DNA of 56,278 bases from a virus (Duplodnaviria > Caudoviricetes). The notes beneath the pieces are model-generated. The model was not told the origin of the DNA and ran no database searches. It worked only from the letters and a program-made list of their open reading frames with translations. A program made the translations under genes and the position numbers. Each line of letters opens with the position of its first letter. The first letter of the stretch is position 1. Below, piece by piece: positions 28,560-38,900 of this stretch. Where the stretch lies: IMG/VR virus record IMGVR_UViG_3300008219_003867, positions 1 through 56,278 of that record. One strand, 5' to 3'.

Positions 28560-28575
28560 CACCAAACTGACGGGG
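28536..28575 (-). terminator. Rho-independent terminator ending the - strand operon
   Basis: - strand reads CCCCG-U-CAGUUUGGU-GUC-ACCGAACUG-U-CGGGG followed by U7, 18 nt after the stop of 28594-29304. Confidence 0.85.
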
Positions 28576-28593
28576 CTGGTAGAGCGATAATTA

Positions 28594-29304
28594 TTATAGA
28601 TATTCTAGCTCTACATATAACCCATACTGGGTCTTGCTTCCAATGCTATCCGGTGATGCCGATATTCCGACATACCAATCATGCTGATAGTATTGGCCTG
28701 TATTAGCAGATCCGTTGCCAGCGTATTGACCGCTTGGCCCCGGAGACTGCGCCAAGGGAACATAAATTCCACTACCACCGACCGTATTTGTACCGGCTGG
28801 TAATCTAGCAGACGGGTTCTTAGACCCGATATACGTTCCCTGTGCGTCTGATCCAGTATGTGATGCGCTTCCCCACCAAGTTGAATCGCCAGATCCTTCT
28901 ACGGAATATGAGACTGAGGGGTGTAGCATTTCTACAACCCTAGTAATAACTCCACTTGCGGGGAAATTTTTATTGTTTCTGTCAAATATCCTTAGCTTTG
29001 TATTTTGCGTTCTTACGGCGCTATCATTGCTAAATCTAACATTTAACGTAGCTTTTGAATTAGGAATAAACAGAAGTCCAGTGGCGGGAACAACCCCCGC
29101 AGCAAAAGACTTTGTGTCGGTAGAATATTTCATATTATTACCAGCACCACCATTGCTAGTGCCGTTACCGTCAGTAATAAATGTTGTGTCTTGCCAGTTG
29201 TTTAGTTGAACCGACTGCCCAAAAGATCCGCCAAAAAACCCCAGACCAGAGCCTGAGAGGTTATTTATGGAAGTGCTTCCAGCAAAGAAACTTATGGATG
29301 CCAT
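28594..29304 (-). CDS. Gly/Ser/Thr-rich probable virion structural protein
   Basis: 236 aa, beta-rich composition, strong SD, terminator directly downstream. No family recognised. Confidence 0.6.
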   Translation of the reverse strand: MASISFFAGSTSINNLSGSGLGFFGGSFGQSVQLNNWQDTTFITDGNGTSNGGAGNNMKYSTDTKSFAAGVVPATGLLFIPNSKATLNVRFSNDSAVRTQNTKLRIFDRNNKNFPASGVITRVVEMLHPSVSYSVEGSGDSTWWGSASHTGSDAQGTYIGSKNPSARLPAGTNTVGGSGIYVPLAQSPGPSGQYAGNGSANTGQYYQHDWYVGISASPDSIGSKTQYGLYVELEYL

Positions 29305-29312
29305 GTCTTAAT

Positions 29313-29318
29313 CTCCTT
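29313..29318 (-). promoter_or_regulatory. Shine-Dalgarno AAGGAG
   Basis: ctcctt on +, 8 nt upstream of the ATG at 29304. Confidence 0.8.
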
Positions 29319-29330
29319 AGAGCTTAAATT

Positions 29331-29347
29331 CTATATTATTATACACC
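29331..29347 (-). promoter_or_regulatory. Candidate late promoter GGTGTATAATAATATAG
   Basis: Contains TATAAT with no recognisable -35; sits in a 44-bp gap just upstream of the SD. Confidence 0.4.
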
Positions 29348-29348
29348 A

Positions 29349-29966
29349 TTACTCGAAAAAGCCTTTTGTTTTATTTTGATTGGCTTCTTCTTTTTTATAG
29401 GGAAATAGCTTGTTTAACTTACTTTGCCTTTCCCTGCATCCGCAATCCTTATTGATAGCATCAAACACTGTATCTATGACCTTTTTAACGCCAGTGACCT
29501 TAGTTATTTTTGCTAAAGTATCTCCTAAACCTCTTGATTCGGACGGTATATCAGTATCGCCCATAAAAAATCCGGTATCTTTTTCTATTTTAAAAAATCC
29601 TGTTTGCTCCTGAACCTCGTTTTCTTCGCCTCCTCTGTAGCCTTTCGATACCATTATTTGATTTAATGGATCTTGCATTGGCCCCTCTCCGTTTTCCCAC
29701 ATTTCAAAATAGGCCATCCTATTTTTGCATAAGCCGTGTAGTGATTTACTTTTTATGCACTGGTGTCTATTACAAAATATACTTCCTGAACCTTCCTCCA
29801 TCTTGCATTGACAGGGCGTTGCTGGTGGTACATTTGGTTCGGGGTAATCCCTAACCTTTTTGCCCCCACTTATTACCTTGTCAAAAACTTGAGGCTTACT
29901 TCTTTTTGGATGTCTATTTTCTAAAGTGTTGACATCTTCCTGTTCACTGTTAAAAAAGCCCTTCAT
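29349..29966 (-). CDS. Hypothetical phage protein with two Cys clusters
   Basis: CQC...CNRHQC...C N-terminal cluster; C-terminal GLGDTLAKIT..TG.KK...DCGC..RQ..LN.LFPY motif that I recall from uncharacterised aquatic phage proteins; AAAGGA SD upstream. Confidence 0.8.
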   Translation of the reverse strand: MKGFFNSEQEDVNTLENRHPKRSKPQVFDKVISGGKKVRDYPEPNVPPATPCQCKMEEGSGSIFCNRHQCIKSKSLHGLCKNRMAYFEMWENGEGPMQDPLNQIMVSKGYRGGEENEVQEQTGFFKIEKDTGFFMGDTDIPSESRGLGDTLAKITKVTGVKKVIDTVFDAINKDCGCRERQSKLNKLFPYKKEEANQNKTKGFFE

Positions 29967-29976
29967 TGTATTCCTT

Positions 29977-32900
29977 TTATTCGTGAATGTTTACGTGAAG
30001 TATCGAATTTCCGGGTATTCCATGAACTAATTCCATATCATTCAAATGCGGCCCCATGTAGTGATGCCAGCATTTGTCTGAGCATTTGTGGAAGTTCAGC
30101 GGCCCCTTATCATTGCAACATATCTGATCGAAATTCAAATAGAAGTCCATGCTTGTAGGCTTGTCGCTATTTCCTTGTCTACAATTATTTTCTGGTGGAG
30201 GATATCCTACTATTATATCAAATGCCCCACCGTGTCTACTCCATACCGCTCGCCAATTTGGATCTGCGTATTTATCATAATCTTTATTTTCTTTTATAGA
30301 AACGTCTACCTGCGGCGAGTATATAACACCCTTATGGTTTCTTGGAGAAAGACCAATGCCAACATCGTGACCCATTGCGATTGCTTCTGGGGAAGATAAG
30401 TTCGATAGCTTATCCATCATTGTTACGACATTCATCTTTCTTTCGTCCAATGAAATGCTTTGTGGAGCGCCTTTATAAACAAGTTCTCCACCACCAATTT
30501 CAGTGCAATGTTCTGGCGTGTAATAATCTCCCGCGATTGTTGGATTTACACATTCAAAATTATAAATAGCCGTTCCGGTTCTGCTTACCCCCCAATTGCC
30601 TCCTAACTCATCGCATTCTTGCTTGCTGGTTTTTGATCCAATCATCCCCTGTACATGACACACTCCAGCTAATGAATATTCAGCGCACTCATCAGCATTG
30701 TTTATGCCTCCTATGGGATTTCCAACAAACACACCACCGATGCGATCACATCGCTGCTTTGTGGCTGCTTCTTCTGTAACATTACCATCTTCAATTCTAT
30801 AACAAGTCCCTGCATCAGACCAGTAAGTACCTAAGCATGTTTTATATTCTTGTATAAAATGACAATTATCACTTATCGCACAAAGCTCATAAGCCTGACT
30901 ACTTTCTTGATTGGTGGGTTCGCCGCCTTCAGCAAAGCTATCGGGAATTTCTTGATCTAATCTTGAAAGGTCTATACACCTACTTCCACTGCTATCTTCT
31001 TCCCATGTATTAGAAGTGATGTCTCTGCACTCTTCTTCGGTCATGTCCACTTCTTCGTCATTCTCATCAAAACATTTCCCTACCTTAAGCCAAGCAGCCC
31101 CTCTTGTTGCGTTACACGCGACCGCTCCTAAAGATGATAAAGGAACAGAACTACCTGTGAAGCCACCGTCGTTGGTTACTCTTTTGGGCGTGTTTGATAA
31201 ATCAAACTCCCAATCCGTAGCAATACCGGCTGCTGGTGTTGGCTTATAGGCGTCTAGGTTTGACCTTAATTGACTAGCGTCATGAATTGTTAATTCCATT
31301 TCTTGATGAATGGCAAATTCATTTGCGGCTGTAATTTTACCGTACCAAGCCCACCCGTTTTCTTCACAGTCTTTTTGGTTGTCATATTCAGCATATTGAC
31401 AGCCTCGTTTTCTAGCAACGTAATTTCCATCAACTGGGCCAAGAGGACATTTCATCTCTCTTGTTTCTTTTCCTTCACTGTCAACAACAATAGTTTCCAC
31501 ACACTCGAAACATTGCCCCTGTGGAAAATCTTCACTCGGCGGCTCACATGGGTTTTGTAAGTAGAAACCGTTTAATCTACAACCAACAGGACAGCCTTCA
31601 ATAAAGCCCTCCTGTTTAAACCGTATCTCCTTGGGCTTTAAGTTTAGTGGATCTTCATATTCACCTTTATCATCTATTGTATTGTTTGCTTTTCCAACAA
31701 CCCATGTTCCACCAAACATTTCTTCACAAACATGCTTATCCCCGTTTCCTATTACGTCCTCTCCACTTGGGTCATCAAATATTTGAATCCATTGACCTTT
31801 AGGCTTAAAGACCAAGGGCAGCGCATCTTCCGCGCCGATAGCCATCGCCCTTTGATCGCTAGAGGCATCACAATCTGCTTTATTATTTATAATACCTTTA
31901 GTTAGGTCTTGGTCTATATGAACCCATTTTGAATTTATTATTTGGGTGTCAATGCATTCACCTTTATTACACTCATTTATGTCATCACCTTGTGACCCAG
32001 AGCAATAACCCATCCTTGCCCCCTTACAGGTTGCTGGATAAGCCACGCTTCCACTAATTACAAGCTTCTCAGCATCAGCTAAGTCATGAGGGTATTTTGT
32101 TGTAACTTTTGTATATAAGAACTGAGGAACCCAAAAATGCTTTGCTTTTTCACAATCCTTCTTGGTTTCGTAATAAGGATTGATGCAAGTTCCATCCGAA
32201 TCTGAATATACATTATCAAACCTGTCAATTTGAACAGGCTCAAAAGGCCATATCTCTGGTATGGGTGTACTCATTCCTCCTGCCATAGCCTCTTCTGTAA
32301 ATCTAAACATCCTATTTAGATTATCCATTGTTGGCATAGGCCCAACTCTTCCGGGTTGATTAAGGGAAAGAGCAGGGTCTTTTCTTAAGCTCTCCGTGGG
32401 TATACCCCCCAATAAAGGATTGGGTGAATGTGGGCCTCCTCTAGGCCACGGGCTATAGGCGGTTGAGTGCGTTTGATGATCGACAGGCCAAGGTTTTAAA
32501 CCATAAGGCTGCGGTAGATCGTACCTTAGCTTCATGTTCATATCAGTAAGCAAGCTCGCATTTGGCAAGCCATATGATGATCTATCATAGATTCTTAAGT
32601 GTCTATTCTTCCTTGGGTTTTTGGTTATAAGCGGTGCGATATTCGCAACCCTTATTTCCATAAACTGACACGCAGCGCCACCACGACCCCTGTCTCCATA
32701 TTGGTCAACTATTGGGTTGTCTCCGCGTGGAATACCTTGGTGGTTTGTGTAAACAATGTCTGTAGAACCGCTAGCCGACGTTGCTTTTTCGGTGCAGGTT
32801 CTGGCCCCGGTTATAATTGTGCCACCGGCTGGTAAGTATGGATTTCTGGATTTGTTATTTCTTGAGAAACTACCAAAAGTATCAAATTCAGCATCTGCTA

Positions 32901-35900
32901 ATTCTGCTAGACCAATACCAACGGGGGTTCCACTTTCATAATCACATCTTATGCCACCGTATGTTGGGGCGTAGGCTGGAACAACCAGCGTTCCTTCACC
33001 CGTTATAGGATTAACGTCTTTTATATAGTGAACAGTGAATTGTTCTGCTGGCTTTGATGGAAGGGGATCAAAACCGGTTGTGTTACATCTATGTGCAATA
33101 TCTCCACCTTGAGAGCAAGCAATAGCTCCGTTCCAAAGTGGCCCACTTATAAACAGGGCTTGATCCCTCCCCTTGTAGGTACAGCATTCTGTGCCGTGAC
33201 ACGGCCCCTTTGGGCCGCAATATTGATGCGTCATACACCTTCCTGCGAAGGCAAAGACTCTTTCTGTTATGGTTGGTTCTCCCGGTGGAGACAGTTCTGT
33301 GTCTGGGCCGTGTACACTTTTAATTAACTGTCTTTTAGATATACAGGGCAAGCCGGGAAAACAAGGTGGAGATCCAGAAATGCCGCTATCAACTCTTCCA
33401 ACCCTTAACCCCTCAGACCCTATGAAATCTGTAAATGTGCAGTTTGTTATTTCTGACCATATTTGAATACCATTATCTCTATAGTTGGTGCTTCCCTGTG
33501 GCCCAAAACCACCATCAACAACGTCGCCACTATTATAAGCGGCTATTGATGGTATAGAGTTTCCACAGCCCATTACCACCCTAATAAAATGCCCATCATT
33601 GGTTGCAGTTGGCGGTTTTACATTTCTATGCTGAAACAAACGATTTTTATCACGTTTTCCGGTATGAGGGACGCCGGTTTCCCTAGCTTCTCCATCAATC
33701 AATATTCCCCACATCCCCATTTGAGGCATATCGCATCCATCACAGTCAGCATTGACGGCAACAATTTCTGTTGGAGAAATATAATCAACATCTGGAACCG
33801 TTGGCCCAGTTGCTCTACAATGTACAGGCCAGTGGAACCTATGTACCCCAAAGCCGTTGTCTGTTGCTTCGCATTGTTTTAAACCAACCTCATTCATTAA
33901 CGTCCATTCTGATCGCCACACAACCCCATCATATTCTAATGGCACGTCAAGCGTCCCAAGGCCGGGGCATGTTGAGTCGTATGGCTGAACAGAATTTCCT
34001 AAATCATAACAGGATTCATCAGCATCTGTCGTTATTCGTGTAGGCCCACAACCACCAGCCCCGCTTTTCCATTCTTCGGTGTTAGCATCACAGTCTGATT
34101 CTACTGTGCCGTCTTTTCTTCCTCTTCCGGCTCCTAATCCTTTTTCTACCCATGTGGAAGTAGCTGAAGCTTTACAGGCTTGTTCACCAAGGCCGTTCCT
34201 TACACCGAATTCATCTACACAATGAGCAAGGGTGTAACACCCGCCAGCATTGTTTACTCCCACATCTCCGTCTTCGTTCACGTCTCCATTGAAATCACAG
34301 CTTCCCAGCTTGCCTTCGTCGTATACATATTCACCTTCATATTCATACGGGACATTGTGTGGGAAACAAGCACAAGGTTCAAAATGCCAATCAACCCCAA
34401 CTTCTTGCCCATAGGGATCAAATAGCTTACTACAGGTTGCCTTTACGTTTCCGACATGTTCAACATCTCCTACTTTTACGTCTTTTGACCCACAAGCTCC
34501 AATGTGGAATCTCACATCTTGACACTTTGGATAAGGAAAATTGCGATTTAGAAGTCTATTATCATGCTCGTTTACGGTTCTTTCACACAGGGTAGTATCT
34601 TCACAGCAGTTATTTCCTGCATAATCCAATAACCCCATTTCTCTCGATTTTACATTTCCGGTTTCTGCATGAGTTTTTATCTTGTGTCTGGAACTATATA
34701 CGTCTGAGCATCTTCTACAATTTGTAGTTCCAGCAACGTTAAGGCGTGTTCTAATGAACATATCACAACTTTGTGGATTTGGTAGTGGCGTAAATGTACC
34801 CCCTTTATTGTCTACGCAATCATCTTGCCTATAGGCAACAAGCAATTCTCCGTCCCTATGACAGTGACCAAAAGTTATACCACCTTTCCATGTATAAACT
34901 GGGCCAAGACAGTCTTGCTCGGACACATTAACAGTCTCACCAGTTGACGTTAATACACATTTTCCGGGGGAGGTGTCAATAAACTCACTTTCACAAACAG
35001 CAACATCTCCACCCATCCAGCCCATATCACACCCATGATGTGCATCGCTACAACAATAGCCATCATGACTTGCTTTTCCCGTTACATCACTAATCTTAAC
35101 TGAGTCATCTGCCGTTGGTGCATCACAAGGATCCATTCTGCAACCAATATGATTTAATATTTCAGTTGGTTGATCTATAATTGTTGCAGTAAGGCTTCTA
35201 GGCATAAAATGATCACAACATACGGGACATATGCCCTTTTGTTCAATTTGTACATAGTAATCGTTTGCTCTTTCTTCCCATTTATATCCCGGCCCACCCC
35301 ATCCGAACCTGTACATTGAGTCTAGTTCTGCTTGGCTAAGGTGGCCTACATAACCAGCTTCTACACCAACGTCTCCATTTGCAGCGTGACCCCAATAGAT
35401 AAAATCACCAGTGAATGGACACACTTTCCAAACACCCACCGCTGGCTTTCCTTTGCTGCCTCCTTCAATTGCTCCACCAGTCATTAGCTCATTACTGGAT
35501 TTAAAGTCGTTTTGAATCCAGCAGCCTTTAAAAGCGTTTAAATCATCGCCATCTTTTAAGGCTTCAGTATCAACACATTCAGCATATTGTGTCTTGGCAT
35601 ATCCAGCTTTCCAAGTTCCACCCATACGAGTGCATTGGTCTTCGCTACTTGCACCAATATCATCGCCATTAAAGTCTAAACACTTGCCATTTCTTTTTTG
35701 GCACTGTTGTTCTACTTTATCAAAGTCCTTAGCATTATTTATAATTGATTTATGATTGTCTCTGTTGGCATCAATGTCATAGCACTGGTTCACATATTCT
35801 TGATTTCCGTCTGTGTAACCTTTATCGGGGTAAAAACGCCTGAAGGTTTTGGCAAGCAGGACGCACTCGTCTCTTGTAAACATAGACTTATCAATACCAA

Positions 35901-38900
35901 AATGATTGTCTATAATTGTGCAAATTCCAAAGGTGGAACATCTGTCTGCCGCTCCTTCTGCGCCTGACCAATTTCCATTTGTCCACGTCAGCGGCGCTCC
36001 ATCCTTATTGTATCCCGTGCATTCATGTTGTTTTAGTGTTTCAACTTTAAGATCGTTTGCATAGCAGGCAAACGCTGTGCAATCGAGTTGTGTTTTGTTG
36101 TTTTGCGAATCTATGTCGCACTCACCTTCGGTCAGTCCATAATTATTAACCCAGCGATAATTGGTAAGTTCTACGTCTTCTAGGCACATTGCCTTCGTGG
36201 TTAGATCAACTACAATATTGTCTTCGCTATTTACACAGTATTCTTTCTTTTCAAAGGGTTCAATGTAAGGGAGGCCAACATGTCTATCGTCATTAGTCTC
36301 TGCTGTTACAACAGACCACTTAGGCTCTGTAACAACTGCCTCATAGGGATAGCCAGCATTTTTTACGCAAACCATCCTACTTTCGTCTGGACATTCTGTA
36401 GTATCTAAATTTGTTTTGTTTTGTATTGTTCCATCAACTGGATGTTTATCGCATGTGAATAAATCAAAAGTATCAAGTGTTACATTTTTAGCTACAAAAG
36501 CCTGCATCGGAGGGGGGTCTTTTCCTAGTATGCGTTCCCCCTCACAAGCATAAAACTTGTCGGAATCGCAAAAGGTTGAAAAGGTGTTTCCTACTTTACC
36601 ATCCCATGTTGATCCACACCCCATCTGGCTTTCTGGATTTTCCCACAGGTAATTTACACACGTTCCGTTGCCAGCGACATCGAGGCAGCACGCAAATTTT
36701 TCTCCATCACATGTTTCTCCAGCAGAGAAGTCAAAAGAAGGATGTTTTACAAACCCCTCTGGGCAAGTACCATCCGAGTTTTTCGGCGCGCATTTATCTT
36801 TAGAGGCTTCGCATGAACCCCCATCAATGCATTCAGACCCGTCTGCTCTTTTATCTTTACATGATCCTAATGTACAGCCCTGCCTGTCTAGTCCCGGTAT
36901 TTCATTGCCATTTTTATCCATACATACTGAATCTTTAGGGCATACAGAATCTGGCCACATTGGTTGTTCACAATCGTCCTCACACTGGTTGTATATCTTC
37001 TCTTCCCACTGGGTTTCTTGCCACTCTCCTGTAGTCATAACATTGGCGGCAAAATTGCCAGCGACATTGGAAATATTAACAAGGTCGCCATCTTTTAGCA
37101 GGTGGTTTCTAGAGGTGATTCTAATTGGACTATCATTGCTAGCATACTGAATCCTTCTTTGTTGAGAAGTTCCCAAGCAATGGTCGTTAACATAGCTGAC
37201 CATCTCACCCTTGGGGAAAAGCCCAGTGTGATGCCAATAAGTCATGGAGTTGCCTACCTCTGACCCTCCAGTCCCCAACAACCCCGGCTTTGCCCCCCAT
37301 ATAACTTCTATCCCTGCCGCGTCTCCGACTGTATAACAGTCTTCTTCGGTATCAACCAAAGGCACTTCTTCGCCAAAGATGTCAAGTTCCGGTATATACG
37401 CAAAACAGGCAGGCTTTTTAAAGCCGCCTTCTATTTGGCTTAGATCGGTAAATCCTGTACTTAAAGGCCCATCAACTCTCACCCTAACTACTTCGTTTTC
37501 TCTTGCTGGATAAGTATTTCCTTGACCACCAACAGTCCCCACCTGCTTCCCTAAAACAATGTCTATAAGGTCTTCCGGTATATCTTCAACAATCGAACAC
37601 TCTTCATTCAATAGTCTATCAGGATGTATGTTGCAGCCCTCTGACCATGTGCCACCAGCACATGTGTTGCTCATTTCGCATTCGCATTCAACTTTATTAG
37701 TCGCTTCTCTCCATATGCATTCTTCCTCTCCTGACCAATTGCCCTGTCTCCATACATACAATTTAGATAAACAGGAAGCGATGTTAAAGTCTCTAATAAG
37801 TTTTTGACCGATCCATTTACCACCAGCCCTTGCGCAATCTTCTTCATTATCGTGTCCTCCTCTGTCGCAGTAGTATTCATGATATTCCTTTCCACCGGTG
37901 TCATAACATTGGAATTTTTCGCATTCTTCCCTTGAACTGTTTGCTCCCGCATTAATATCACATATGGGTGGCTTTATAACTTCTGATAAATTGGTACATA
38001 TTTGTTCTGAGCATTCTTCAGTCCATTCGCAACAAAATTTAGTCGCCGCCCCAGCGTCCGTGTCCGCTTCTAAACAATCACCATCGTAAAATGTGCCGTC
38101 TTCTTTTATGCAACTACTTGCGCTACCGCAGCCACCCTTAGATATTGGCTCGCACTCTCGACAACTTGGATCGTTTACTGTGGCATCGTATGGAACCCAC
38201 CCAACCCACATGGCTCCATTTCCGTAACCACAATCACCCCTTCTCAGGAAGCCAACATGACTATCAACATAGTCGAGTGCCGCCTGAGCTATTCTTTCAC
38301 AATGACCTCCCGGCTTAACGCTAAAAGTACCATCTCTACCAACATTAAGTTCATCCCACGCGGTAAAATCGTGATACATGAAATAATCTATGCCGTAATT
38401 CCAAAACCAATGACCACCACCATTTCTATGGCCCAATTTGTGATCTACGCACCCCTGCCAATATCTTTTGTCAGAAACGGCTTGCTGGAAGGGCTTGGCC
38501 CTATTTTGCTTTTCTTCGGAGGGCTTAAAGGGTTGTGGTTGTATATTGAACCCGTGAAGAACCTCTGCCCCCTTAGCGTTGGCAAGCCGTCTAAATTCTT
38601 TACCAGATGCATAATAAACATACTGATCGCAACCAAGGCCACCTTGACCACCATCTTCTATTCCATCCCAGTTTGCGTCTGGATTCATGCACCATTCAGG
38701 ATACTGGGTTGAAAAAGGTATTCCGGGGAAACCTCCTGAAATATTCCCAGCCCCAGCGACGGCATTGTCCATTGCTCCAACTTTTGCGGCAATATTGGTT
38801 GCGGGGTTTCCGTACTCATACGCTCCCATTCTCTCATCCCACATTGGTTCTGGCTCTTTCCAGCCAGATCTTAATTGGGTTTCACTTTTCAGTGTTAGAT

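Noticed and set aside
28500-28600. Replication origin/terminus suggested by the A-rich to T-rich switch
   Set aside because: The switch coincides with the change of coding strand, which explains it; no iterons or DnaA-box cluster were noticed.
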